Of a DNA stretch of 64,000 nucleotides, positions 25,393-38,005 are shown in pieces. Origin of the DNA: Phyllosticta citribraziliensis (taxonomy: Eukaryota); contig NW_027117341.1 in NCBI RefSeq assembly GCF_038025025.1, positions 1,488,001 through 1,552,000 of the forward strand. The letters run 5' to 3'. Position 1 is the first letter of the stretch. Each line of letters opens with the position of its first letter. The notes beneath the pieces are model-generated. The model did no database searches, was not told where the DNA came from, and was given only the letters and a program-made list of their open reading frames with translations. Made by a program: the position numbers and the translations under genes.

Positions 25393-27276
25393 ATGCAGAT
25401 GAAGAGAAGGCCGCTGGTGCTGCCGCCCCCAACGACGACGACGACGACGACGAATGGCGAGGACCAAGGACTGCGAGACGGAGAAGAGAAGAGCTCGGAT
25501 TCAAACGGACCCAAAGACAACGGCACTCCAGACAAACGCACCACCAAAACCACCAACGCAGAAACAACTCGCATCCGCATCACCAGAACAACAGCAGCAG
25601 CACTACCCGTCCCAACCCCCTCCTCACAACCCCCACAACTCTCACTCCCCAACCTCAACCACACGCCCTCCCCCCTGACGCGCTCCACCATCTCCTCCCT
25701 CCTCCGCGCCCACCTCTCGACCACGCTCGCGCCCTCCGACGCCCTGCACGCCTGCGGCGCCAGCGTCACCGCGCTGCTCCCGTCGCAGCCGCGCGCCGTG
25801 CTGCGCGTCGCGCACGCCAAACTGCACGCGTTCCCGTTCAAGGACGTCCCCGCGTGCTGGCTGCGCGCGTGGAGTGAGGCGTGTCTGTGGGAGTGCGTGC
25901 GCGTGCTGTGGGTGGCCGGCGGCGATGATGGAGGCGCTGCAGCTGCTGAAGACGACGATGATGAGGAGGATGAAGAGGAGGAGGAAGAAGAAGAGTGGCT
26001 CAACGCCGTCATCCGCGTGCTGGACATGGGCCTCATCCTCGCCGGCGGCGTCGGGCGCGAAGACGTGTACGCGTGGGTTTTTGCCGCGTTGGAAGTTTTG
26101 CTGGATGCCGACGACGCGTACGACGAGGACTACAGCCGGAGAGAGCGTAGGAGTGAGCGAGAGCATGGAGATGGCAGGCCGCGCAAGAGGAGAAAGGTGG
26201 ATCGGACGTGGACATGTCCGCCCGCGTTCCCTCCTTCGACGCGCCCGCCGCCTGCCCTGAGAAACCCTATCCCCCGCGTCGATGCGAGGCAGTTTGGCTT
26301 TGACGCTTTTCAGGCGCATCTTGACGAGGGCAAACACACCAACGCCGACACACCGACCCCCCTCATCCTCACCAACGCGCTCTCGCACTGGCCAGCCACG
26401 TCCTCCCCCACACGGCTGTGGAGCAACCCACGCTACCTGCTGCGGCGCACGCTGGGCGGGCGGCGGCTGGTGCCGGTCGAGATCGGGCGCAGCTACACGG
26501 ACGAGGGGTGGGGCCAGCGCATCATGAGCGTGCGCGAGTTTGTGCGGCGGTATGTGTTCTGCGATGACGACGACGAGGAGGAGAAAGACGAGGGAGGGGA
26601 GAAGAAGCAAAAAGGCTACCTCGCCCAACACGACCTCCTGTCGCAAATCCCGCGTCTGCGCGCCGACATCGCGGCGCCGGATTACTGCTACACCGTTCCC
26701 CCTAACACCCAAACCCCTCCCCCATCCTCTCACCCGCCTAACCCATCATCTCCCTCGCACCCCGATTTCCCCCTCCTGCACGCCTGGCTCGGCCCCGCGC
26801 GCACCATCTCCCCGCTGCACACCGACCCGTACCACAACCTGCTGGCGCAGGTCGTCGGCGCCAAGTACGTGCGGCTATACGCGCCGAGCGCGGCGGTAAA
26901 GACGCGCGGGGTGGGCGCCGATGGCGTCGATTTGGGGAATACGGGGGTCGTTGATGTGCATGAAGCCATGAGTGTGGAGCGGAGCGAACGCAGTGAGCGC
27001 CGTGAGCCTGGTGAGACAAGTGAGCGGAGTGAGAAAGAGCAGAGTGAAGGAAGTCAGGATGGGGACGCAAAACGCGAAGCATTCGAAGCGCAGCACCCGG
27101 GCTTCCTGTCGCTGCCGTGCTGCGACTGCGTGCTGGGCGCGGGGGAGGTGCTGTACGTGCCGCGCGGGTGGTGGCATTATGTTGAGAGTCTGGCGGCGAG
27201 CTTCAGTGTTAGTTTTTGGTGGGATAGGATTGACGAAGTTTCAGGGGGTGATGGGGAATATGAGGGGGACGGCTAG
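25393..27276 (+). CDS. JmjC-domain 2-oxoglutarate/Fe(II) oxygenase, JMJD5/KDM8-like
   Basis: GGRRLVPVEIGRSYTDEGWGQ, GYLAQHDLLSQIPRLRADI, the HxD motif SPLHTDPYHNLLAQVVG and the distal His in GEVLYVPRGWWHYVESL...SFWW. Start codon uncertain. Confidence 0.9.
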   Translation: MQMKRRPLVLPPPTTTTTTTNGEDQGLRDGEEKSSDSNGPKDNGTPDKRTTKTTNAETTRIRITRTTAAALPVPTPSSQPPQLSLPNLNHTPSPLTRSTISSLLRAHLSTTLAPSDALHACGASVTALLPSQPRAVLRVAHAKLHAFPFKDVPACWLRAWSEACLWECVRVLWVAGGDDGGAAAAEDDDDEEDEEEEEEEEWLNAVIRVLDMGLILAGGVGREDVYAWVFAALEVLLDADDAYDEDYSRRERRSEREHGDGRPRKRRKVDRTWTCPPAFPPSTRPPPALRNPIPRVDARQFGFDAFQAHLDEGKHTNADTPTPLILTNALSHWPATSSPTRLWSNPRYLLRRTLGGRRLVPVEIGRSYTDEGWGQRIMSVREFVRRYVFCDDDDEEEKDEGGEKKQKGYLAQHDLLSQIPRLRADIAAPDYCYTVPPNTQTPPPSSHPPNPSSPSHPDFPLLHAWLGPARTISPLHTDPYHNLLAQVVGAKYVRLYAPSAAVKTRGVGADGVDLGNTGVVDVHEAMSVERSERSERREPGETSERSEKEQSEGSQDGDAKREAFEAQHPGFLSLPCCDCVLGAGEVLYVPRGWWHYVESLAASFSVSFWWDRIDEVSGGDGEYEGDG

Positions 27277-27546
27277 GGGGGAAGGGGAAAGGCTAGGGTG
27301 AGGGATGAGTTTTGTGTATATATACGTCTATCTCGTCTCGTCAATCGTGCATATATCTATCTATCTTCATGTCGTGTCTACCTATGTACCTTTCTTTCTA
27401 TCCACGCACCCCATCTCATCTCATCCTATCTCGTCCCATCTCATGACCGCACCGCCATCCACTGTACAACATGCATGCATGCATGTAGCAAGCACGTATG
27501 TACAAATACCCAAACACCCCCTTAGCCCCTTATCCCCACGCCCACC

Positions 27547-27899
27547 TCACCCACTCGCCCCATTCCCCCCACTCGCCCCACCCCCACCCCCGAAGAAAAA
27601 CGCATCAAACAAATCCAACGCAATGCCATCACTCCAATCATGCCCGCCAAACGCGCCGCCAAACGCCGCATCAGCAACACCGCCGTCTACATACTGCTGT
27701 TGCGCTTGTTGTTGCTCTTGTTGCTGCGCCGACGCCCCGGCAGACGCATGATCAGCCGACCCAAAGTCGGGGAGTTCGGATAACTGCACGCCGAAGCCGA
27801 GGTCGAGGATATTGGGGAAGTCGGTGTGGTGGTGATGCTGATGTTGTTGCCAGTGCGCGCCGCCCTGTCCCTCTTCTCCTCTTTCTTCTCCTTCGCCGC

Positions 27900-27937
<38 letters not shown>

Positions 27938-30900
27938 GCGCCAGCCCCCGCATCTCCACCCACTCTTCCGTCCTCCCGTTTGACGCCTTGCTCATGCTGC
28001 TGCTGCCGCCACATCGCAACGCCCGCAGCAGCGCCGCCGGGCAGCAGCGCGTCGAGGCCCAGATTGAGGCTGGGGCGACGCAGGAGCAGCGCGTTGGCCG
28101 CCGGGTCGTCGGCGCCTGCGTCGGCGCCGTCGGCTGGATCGAACAGGTCGCGCAGGTTCATGTCGAAGCGCGGGTAGGGGCGCTTGTTGGTGGGGCGAGT
28201 GGGAGGGGGGACGGCGGCGGAGGAGGAGGAGGAGTGGGCATGATGATGCGCGCTATTGTTGTTGTTGTTGCTGTTGCTGTAGTTGGTGTAGTGTGAGGAA
28301 GATGGTGGAGGGTGGAACGGCTGCTGCTGCTGCTGCTGCGGCGGCGGCGCGCCACGGTGCTGAGGGAAATAGCCTGCGTTCTGATGGGGTTGTTGATACG
28401 CCATGTGCTGTTCCATCGACGGCGTACGGTGCTGCTGCTGCTGCTGCTGATTCTGCCCCCCAAACTCATGCTTCGTGCGCTGCTGCTGCCCCTGAAGCTC
28501 TCCCGCCATCCCCGCATACGCCGCCGACCTACCTCCTCCCAGCTCTCTCGACGACAAGCGCGGCGCGACGTGCAGCAGCGCCTGGCGGCCAAAGCCAGTC
28601 GTCGACATGCACATCTGGATGGTGGCCTTGCTCATGCGGTCAAAGGCGTCGCGACACGCCTCGGCCGGCGGGCACTTGTCCGTCAGGTCGCCGAGCACCG
28701 ACGTGGCGGCCAGCACGGTGAAGTCGACGTCGTCGAGCGACAGGTGGCTGCGCACGAGCGGCGAGTGCCACAGCGCGTAGAGGAACGATATGCCTGTGGT
28801 GATGGACGCGCCCGCGTTAGATGCTGAGACTGGTTGGTTCAGGGGAAGGAAGGGGCTAGGGAATTTGTCTCATCGCTTGAAGAGGGAGCGAACGCCCGGG
28901 ATTGGGGAGTCTAGATGACGTCCGGCTCACGACTGACTGACTTACCGGCCATGAACAAGTGGTGCGTCGCCAGGTACGTGTAGTTCACCAAGTGCACGCG
29001 ATGCAGCTGCCTATACAACTTGAGCGTCATCTGGCCCGCCTCGGCGACCTTGAGAAAGACAAAGTCGTCATCCTCGCGCAGCTCGTCGAAGCTATTGTTG
29101 GTGAGCACGCTGGGGCTGTTGCCGCCAACCTCGTCATCGCCTGCCGCCGCCGCCGCCGCCGGCGTGCTCTTGATGAGCTCGTCGGCCAGCGGGCCCGGCA
29201 CCGTCAGGCTGGGCCGGTACAGCATGATGACGGCCTGCCAGTAGTTGAGCTCGAAGAAGAGCGGCGAAAACTGCACGCCCGTGTCGAGCTGCGTCGGCGC
29301 GCTCTCCTTCCACTCGTACAGCCGCCGGTCAATGTCGCGCCGCCACGCCGCGAACGAGTCGCCGAAGCGCGTGAGAAAGGGGTTCGGCAAGTCTGCGTGC
29401 AAGAAGCCGCCGCCGCCGCCGCTGTGGCTGCGCACCTGCTGAGCCTGTCGCGACTGCAGCACCTGGAGTATCTCCGACTGCATCATGCGGAAGCGAAAGT
29501 AGTGGTACGAAACGGATTTGTAAGTGGGTTGGCCGCCCGCTGCACTGCTGCTGCCACCAGCCGGCGTCACGAAGCCCTCTTTGGTAATGAAGCGGTCGTC
29601 TAGCGACGACGGGAATTCCGTCGTGATGACCTCGTCCGAAATGCCAAAGGGCCGCCCTACGCAGGTGCTGACGAGCCTGTCCAGTGAGTACACGCACCAC
29701 CAGAGGCGCCGACGCAGGTCGCGCACCCACTGTCGGCGTCCGCGCTCCTTGGGGTCGAGCTGCTCGTCACGATCCATGTTAGTGTGCGTGTCTTCGGGGT
29801 GGTCAGGCGTACGTGCCTCCTCGCCCGTCGCCCCGTCTATGCCTACGCCGTCCTCGTAATGGAGGCCCAGGTCGACGCCTAGCCGCACCGCAACTCCGAC
29901 AATATACCACAGGCCCGGCGCGATTGGCCTGAGCAGCGCAAAGCCGGCGAGCAACAGCACGGCCTGCAGCTCCTCGAGACCCCCGCCAAAGCCATCGGGT
30001 CGATCTACTGCGGGAGACGAGCCCAGGAAGCTCTCCAGATGCACAATGGCAGAGGCGTGGTACTCTTCGGGTTGCTGCTGGATGGACGACAGGCGTCGCC
30101 TCTTGCCCGGTGGCGGCGACTCTGGATTTTCCTTGGAGCTCTTCTTGCGGTCGTGCGAGTCGGAGCTGTCCAGGATGATACCCGCGCCAATGGCAAAGAC
30201 AATATTAAGCATGTAGAGTTCGCGACTGGTGCGCTCCTTCGGGTCGGTTGCCAGGACGCGGTCAAACATGGCCATGTATTCGCCACGATGCAATATGGGC
30301 ACTTGCGGGTTAGCATGCTCAAAGTACAGCTCTACCAGCCTACACGCCAGCTCCCTCTCGGGGAACGGGGCTTGCCTGATGGTGGGCTTGGTGTGCAAGC
30401 CAAAAAACGAGTCCCTCATCGACGTGCCCACATTTCCCACGGCCGCGCCCGGGAGCGGCTTGCTCTTCTCAGACGCACCTCCCCCCGACACGGAGCTCTT
30501 GACGGCGGCGAAGACGACGCGCGCAAAGGATATGCCCGAAGTCGAGCCCAGGTAGCGAGGATCGGAGGCGCCCTGAACCGAGACCATGCCAATGTTGGAC
30601 ACCATCTTGTTGATGGTGTCGTCGTACCGTTGTTCCTTGCGCCTGTTGGCATCCGCGTCGGGGGCGGCATCGGGGTTGGGGGAGGCAGTAGTGGAGACAT
30701 GAGGGCTGTGATGTTGTTGATCTTCGGCGGCGGCGGCTTGGGCCTGCTTCTCGACGGAGAAGATGGCGTGACCGTTGGGGGGCTTGTAGCTGAGGGCAAA
30801 GTGCTCCGGGGGTGCAAATGGAATGTCGTGGTCTCGCAGGAGAGAGTGGAGGTAAGCGATCCTGCTCTCGAGGTAATACACGTAGCTGTAGCACGACAAG

Positions 30901-31576
30901 CAAAAAGAAGCATCAGCAAGGGACCGGGCGAGTGGGCGCGATGGATGGATTGATGATTCCACACGAGGGAGCAGCGCAGCGCAGCGCAGCGCAGCATGCA
31001 AAGAGAAAGGAAATCCAAAGAGAGAGGCGGGCTGGGCGAAGGCGCGTCGACGCAGCGGGCCGTACCCTGCCCTGCAGCCCTAGGCGCATTGCAGGGCAGC
31101 GGGAGGCGCACGGAAAGGAGTCTAGTGTCTGTACTGATGGATGATATATCGACGCACCTTCGCGGTATCTCCTGCTTGGTTATCGGATCGTAGCCGACGC
31201 ACTTGACGCGGGCCTTTTCGCAGCTGGCGCAGGCGGGCAGGCGCTGGTCACAGCGGTTCTTGCGCAGGCGACAGCGGTTGCAGGCGCTGACGTTCCGAAA
31301 GGACGAGACAGCTGGAGAGGACGAAGACGTCGGCGGCGGCGGCGGCGGCGGCATTGGGCTGCCGGTTTTCCTAGGCGCGGAGGCGGAGACGCTGGCACTG
31401 GCACTGGCGACGTCGGCGGCAGCGCTGCTGCTGGGCGTCGCATGTTGGGCGCTTGCGGGCTCTAGCGTGGACACTACATGTGGCGGGGCGACGGGCGGCG
31501 ACGATGGTGGTGCCTCTGGCGTTTGAGGCTTGTCCTTGTCGTCAGTCGTCGAGGATGATGGTGCCTTTGGCGTCAT
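27547..31576 (-). CDS. uaY: Zn2Cys6 transcription factor, UaY/PPR1 type (purine utilisation regulator)
   Basis: SFRNVSACNRCRLRKNRCDQRLPACASCEKARVKCVGYDPITKQEIPRSYVYYLESR and a fungal TF domain (RRRLWWCVYSLDRLVSTCVGRPFGI). Introns 31157-30886 and 28945-28794. Acidic/aromatic C-terminus. Confidence 0.9.
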
Positions 31577-32634
31577 GGGGCATGTCTCGGCTCAGTGCGC
31601 GCTGGCCAGGGACCAAGCTGCAGTCCCAGAGAGTCGCGTCGGGGTCGAGAGGGAGTCGGTGTCGGTGGCAGGGTCGTGTTGTTGTAATTGTCGCCAGGCT
31701 GAGTCGGAGAAAGCTTGGGCTTAGCGGTGGGCCTTGGACCTTCGACCTTCGAGAAGCGCGTCAACCTTTTCCATCGGCCCGACCGTCGACTTCTCCTGGC
31801 CGATCACCTCAACTCAACTTCACTGCCCTCCCGTCGCTCCCATGCACCATGGCGTAACCGCCGCCAAACCCAACTTGCGACACACCGCCTGCTGCCTGCC
31901 GTCCTTGGTCGGCCCCAGGTAGAGTAGACGACGCCCGGATGCCACGAATCAAACTCGCCCTCTGCGTTTGATGTCAAAACCTAAAAAGGCAAAATGCTTC
32001 TTGTTGGTAGGTACCTAGGGAAAAGGAACAATCGCTCCGCTGAAAACGCCTGACCTGACCCGACCTGACCAGTCCAGCCCTGTCCTGTCCTGTCCTGTCC
32101 GTTCCTATCCTGTCCCATCCAACCCATCCCGGTCCCGTTCCGTCCATATACCTTATCCTTCCAAGATGCCTGCCTGCAAGACAAAGAAAGAGCTGTTGCT
32201 GCTCACAACTTTCCCCAATTCCCACCTCTATCTAAATGTCAAGTCGCCCAAAACGCCGCCCAATGATGCTGGTTTGCTGTGACGAAGGAAAAACGAAAAG
32301 GAAAAATGAAAAGAAGAAGAAAAGACCTCTCATCCAAGAGGGAGAAGATAAATGCACTCCGCCTCTGCTCCTTCTCTTCCTCGTCCTCGTCCTCGTCCTC
32401 CTCCTCAATCCAGCCTGGGATAAAAAATTAAAAAGCAAGTTTTCGTAGCAGCCGCGCCCGACCGCTTGGTATCATGTTTCTCTTGTCCCCAAACTCCAAA
32501 CGAATAGCCTTTTTTCCCCCTCGGGTTGGACGCGTAGCACCTGTGCCATGTTCCCCCCTCCTGTTCCAATTAGAAAGACGCTGGGTAGCCAATGAATGAA
32601 TGACTTGAAGTTGGCCAAAGCTGCCCGTCGACTG

Positions 32635-34664
32635 CTAGTAGCGCTCTTTGCAAGCCCCCGACACGTCGTCCTCATCGGCCTTGTCGCCAGAGTACGACAC
32701 CGTCTTGAGCAGGGGCTCGCCCAGAGCGCTCTCCTCGTCGTGCTCGTATTCGCTGACTTCCTCGGCCGCACTCTTCTCAGAGAAGCGAGGCCTGGGCTGG
32801 CGCATCCACGAGCTCTCCGCCGCGCCAACAATGGCCACCAGCGCACACGCCCACCACGCCAGTCCCGAGCACCCGCGGGTGAGGCCAGCCGACTGGATGC
32901 TGCCCATGACCGTTGGGCCGAATCCGCGGCACAGGCTGGCGGAAGATGCCGCCGTGCCGTTCAGCTTGCCGAGCACCTTTCTCGACGGTGCAATGTTGGC
33001 CAGCATGATCGAGAGCGCCGGGTACGTCATGGCTTGTGCGGCCACCTTCCAGACGAGCACCAGGAGCACTCCTCCCATGCGCATCGACTCGGGCATGAGC
33101 GTGAGGTACGGCGTGAGCGTGTAGAGCAGCGGGTACGTCATGACGGTGAGGCGAAACGTCCGGAGAGGTCCCAGTTTTCCACAGACGTAGGGGAAGACGA
33201 AGATTTGAGCAATCATTTGGAGGAAGCCTTGAGCCGAGAGGATGAAGCCGATCGACTTGGCCTGGAGTCCGAAACCTCCCATGAACTTGAACGGGAGCTG
33301 GGCCGGCTGGGTCGACTCGGGCAGACTCATCAGGACGGGCAAGAGCTGCTCAAACGAAATGGTGTGGCTGTTGATGCGTCGTTAGCTTGAGAAGGGCAGA
33401 GTCTCCAAGGGGATGGGCTTACAATGCGAGGACGCCGAGACCGACAATGTTGAGGACGATCTGGGGGTCCACGCCGAAGCGGGAAGTCTTGACGTTGACA
33501 CTGCGTGGCGGTGTGCGAATGGCGGCTGCTGTCGCGCTGGTCAGACGAGGCGATCCCTCTGTCGATTGGTAGCCGGGCGGCTGCTCGTCGTCCGACTCGT
33601 CGGCCAGCAGGTAGCAGGTCTGCTCAATGTAGCCAGCCTTGGCGGCCAGGACCATTTCGTCGTCCTCACGGCCACGGAGCTTGCGCAGGATCCAGCGGCC
33701 GCAGGCGGCGCCGTAGTCCTTGCGGTACTTCTTGTCCTCGTGCGTCTCTTCCAGGAACAGGATGCCGATGATTAAGCTGAAGCACACGATGGCGGTACAA
33801 AAGAGGTTTGGGAGCAGGTACGGGAACTTGTCGAACAGGGATCCGGGGCTGAAGACGGAAGGGTACCCCTTGACGGGCTCGGCAAGAGTGCCGCCAAGAC
33901 CGGACCCAATGATGGAGCTACAGGTAAATCTTTAGCTGAGCTCAACAATGACTTGCCGCCTCGGCGGCTCATCGGACTCACCCTAGACACCAAACGAACG
34001 GCATGATAGCATATGCGTGATCTGCGTTTCAACATCAGCAAGGTACCGCTTGGAGGTCAACACGCCCGATGACGCGGATTGCACTCACGTTGGTGAGACT
34101 CGACCGTCACCACCTCGGCGACTGTCGTCTGAAGAACGCCCATGTTGCTAAGAGAGCCGCGCGTTAGCAGTCCGTTCCCCCCTTTGCCGCCGCGGCCGAA
34201 ATCACCACTTACCCGTTGAGCAGACCGCCCAGGGCCCGTGCCAGCATGGCCATGGGCAGGTTTTTCGCGAAGCCAAACATGAGCATGCTCAGCCCCGTGC
34301 CAGCCAGGCCGAGCAGGAGGATTGGCTTTCTTCCAACCCTGTCGCTGATGTGTCCCCACATGATGCCCGTCAGGAACTCGGCAAAGGCGAAGGCCGACGT
34401 GACCATGCCTGCGTACATGGCGATTTGCTTCTCATCGTTGGTGATTTCAAACGAGATGATCATGTAGTAAATGTAGGGGAAAATTGACATGAAGGCGATG
34501 GGTTCTGCGATTCGGCAACATGCTATGGGGGAGGTGATTAGTTTTCTTCCCTTTGCAGTGCGCCGCCGTGGAAGAAGCTTACCCAGGACAAAAAGCTGGC
34601 GCGTCGGAAAGGGCGTCTTCTCGGGCGTGTGGGAGGCCCGCCGGCGGAGAGCTTGGAAGCTCAT
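32635..34664 (-). CDS. MFS transporter (YCR023C/ZIFL1-like)
   Basis: FPTRQLFVL, CRIAEPIAFMSIFPY, motif A WGHISDRVGRKP, ARALGGLLNGN and AIMPFVWCLG. Five GT-AG introns restore one frame. Confidence 0.92.
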
Positions 34665-37600
34665 TGTGATGTGTGGAGGATTGGAGGGTGTGAGGAGAGA
34701 GGAAGGGAGGGGGAGGTGGATGAGAAAAGGCTGTAGGGTCCAGCAAGACGAAAGAGGGAATGTTTGGCGGAGAGGGGTATAAAAGAGCCAAGTGGTGAGG
34801 ATAAAAGATCAAACGTGAAGGAACGGTGTGAGAGCAGGAGGAAGGATGGTTATATGTGCGCGTCAAGTTGTGGCTTCCGGACGCGATTAGATTTGCTAGG
34901 CGTAGGGCAGAGAGCACCAGGGATGTCTGGACAAGGATGTGGGTGACTTTGCGGCCGGGGAAGTGTGTTGGTGCCCCGTGTGTTGGTAGATGCAACAGGA
35001 AAGGCAAGCAGCGGAGGGGCCAGGTCTGATATAGGTCTGAGAGACGGGCAGGGCAGAGAAAAAGAGGCGGTGATGGTAGGCGCAAGCTTCGCTGGCAGGG
35101 CTACCCCCATGTCGGCGAGTGGATGGGTCCACGGTCATGAAGTGGTGGAAGGTCAGATCCGGTGCTATGCTGCCCAAAGAGGCGCACAGGCGAAAAATAA
35201 AAAACAAGAGAACAAGAAAGGAAAAAAAAAAAAAAGAGGATTTGCGGCCTTGGCCAAAGCCCCCCCTGAGGGCTGAGAGAGGGGGGAGGGACGAGGGAGA
35301 GGCAGAAGCGAGGGCGCAGGCGCAGCGCAGCGCAGCGCAGGCGCAACGCTACGCTACGCAAGCCCGAGTGGCAGACAGGTACACAACAATGACATATACA
35401 CCGAGATCAGCGCTTGTGGCCGCAGGGCCGAGTTATCGGGCCCAGAGGTGCAGCGGGTGCAGTGCAGGTGGTGCTGGGATGCATTGGTTGCAGGCGTGCC
35501 GTGGTGCCAGACGCGCCGTTGTTGCCCCCTTTCGCGGGCCCAAGAGTCGGACAGGGGTCAGGCTAGCGACCGGGCGGGTTTGCGGCTCGCGGAACGGCCG
35601 TCTGTACCTTGCCTCGACGGTAGGTAATGTAGGTATAAACTCGGGACCCGGCCCTTTCGTTCGATTATGCTGTGTCTGTGTCGCAGGCTGGTTGGCGCTG
35701 CGCTGTGCTGCTTGCTTTCCTGCTTGCTTGCTTGCTTGCCTGCTCGCTGGCTGGATGCTTGCTTGTCTCTGGGTTCACGACCGACGTTTTCATTTGCTGC
35801 TTTCTTTGGTTGCTTGCTTTGCTGGGGCCGGGCGTTGCTTGGTCGGTCGCTTCGCCCGTTGGCTCCGCTCCGCCGTTCCCCTCCCCTCAGCCGGCCAACC
35901 ATGGCGACGACTCGTGTTTGCTTTTGCGTGCGTGGCCGTCTCGTGCACTCTTCTCAGCGGTCGGCCACGGGCGAGTCGAGCGTAGTCTAGCGGCCAGGCG
36001 GTAAGTGGAGCAGCAGAGGCATGGCGGCGGCTGCGACAATCCCATTCTTAGATGTGTAGAGGGTCAAAGCCTGGGACGGTTTCAAGATTGCAGGAGAGGC
36101 GGTCAATTACATGTATTTTGCTTTTTTTTTTTTTTTTTTTTTTCTTCCTTCCTTCCTTCTGGTGATGGGGGGGGAGGAGGAGGATTGTTTCTCCGGCGGG
36201 TGTGACGACCCGACGTCTGTGGTGAGTGAGGTGGTGAGGGAGCGCGGGCTTGGATCGAATCGTGGTTACAGTCAGATGATGAAACGAGGATTGAGGCTGC
36301 GGTGCTGATGGGCTTCTGACGATGAAGCATCGAGTTGGGGTGCCTGGAGATGGGGACCGAGTGGACCGCAGCCCCGGCGGGACGAAGCTGGCGAGCGGTG
36401 GCCAGGGCCGCCATCCCATTGGCCGCTGGCTGTGATTGGCGCGGGGAACGACAGCTGGGTAAGCCAGCCGAATATTCCGTCAAACGACGTGGATGCGCCG
36501 GTACGGGAGGGGAGGCAAGGAACCGTCCTCGCTCGCTCGCTCCATCGCGCCCCCAGTCGCTCGCTGCACCTCTCGCATATTGCATCGCATCGCATCGCGC
36601 ATCAAATCGACTTTTTTCTCAATCCGTGTCACTTGCAACAATTCAGTAGTTGCTGCTCGCTGATTCCGGGGTAACCATCCATGGCCCTCCCAAGCCGACG
36701 TCATGACTGCCTGCTCCACTGAAACGATAAGCGAACACCGGCCCCTCTCGACGCGAATCCCATCACACGTCCTCTCTCAATGTGCGACGCCACAGTGCTC
36801 TGTGAGTCGAAAACGACGGCTCGTGTGGTGCCAGCGCGTCCTGTACCACCCGTTTCCCGCTGCACACTACCCCGGTCCGCGGGGAGCTCTCGTCTCATTG
36901 CCGTTCCCGGTTCTTGGTCCTCGACGCTGCAGTGCCCGCTCTCGTGGATCGCCCATATAATTTTAGTTGCCACCCACTCTCACAGCATACTCACCGCTTG
37001 ACACTCATGACTCTCTGCCGACGCTGCTGGTGTGGCGCCCGTTGACTGGACCCAGGCGCTCCGTACCACTACCCAATCCCCCAACGGACACGCATGTGCG
37101 CTGTGCTGGCTGTGATGTGGTGCTGTGCTGTGCTGTGCTTATTGTTGCTGCTGCTCGCCGCGCGGGTGACCATCAGAAAGAGAGAGAGAGAAAAAAAAAA
37201 AAAAAACACTCTCTGGGCCGTTTGAAACGAAAAGAATGAAAAAGAGGGAACCAGAGGTGAAAAAGCATAAATCCCGAGCTCTGTCTGGCGTGACTCGGCC
37301 GGCATGGCAGGGATGGCGAGTCCCTGAGGTTTGGTTCCTTTCTCTGCTTGCTTGGCCTGATGTGTGACATTTTTGCCGACCGTTCCGCTCAGGAGAGTGC
37401 GGTCGGGTGGGTGAAGATGTCGGCAAACGAACGTTGAGATGTGATTGCTTTCTTTCTGCGATTCCAACGGCATCGACGTTTCTTTTGCGCCTTTGTTCTT
37501 CTCTCGTCATTTGTGATGCTGCTTTGTTTTTGTGGCTGTGTGCCGTGACTGCGACTGCAAGTGGCCCCTCTTGGCGTCCGGGCCGATCGCTCACTAGACT

Positions 37601-38005
37601 AAGGTAAGGTAGCTGAGATCCGGCATTCCGTGACCTCCACCCGACCCATCCTTGACCAAACCATCAATGAGCCAGGTTTTCCAGACGCTTCGCCCTGGAA
37701 CTCTGGTACGAACGGGGGAGCGGGATGCAGCCGCCTGAGCCCAAACCATGTCTCTCATCCCACCATCATCCTTGGACCCGGGCTGCTTCGAGCTTCGAGA
37801 TGCGCTTCTCGTTCCCTCCACCTACTCCCACAGTAACTACAGTAGCTGTCAAAGGTCAGTCCCCTCGGTTCGCCGCTTAGTCACGCCCACGTGATGCGGC
37901 GATCGATCCAAGGAAGGAACCACCCACGCTTCTTGTTGTCCCCACCGTTTCCCGGCACATCAACGACTCGCCGCCGACAACAAGCTCCTCCGCTTCCTGG
38001 TCGCC

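Noticed and set aside
25393..34664. JmjC oxygenase + Zn2Cys6 TF + MFS transporter as a secondary-metabolite cluster
   Set aside because: There is no backbone enzyme, and the TF is the conserved UaY orthologue. I saw no TCGG-N6-CCGA site in the region just upstream of uaY (other promoters not fully scanned).
36271..36330. ATGATGA...CTGA boxes suggesting a C/D snoRNA
   Set aside because: The C-to-D span is only about 44 nt, there is no later D box, and I recognised no rRNA guide.
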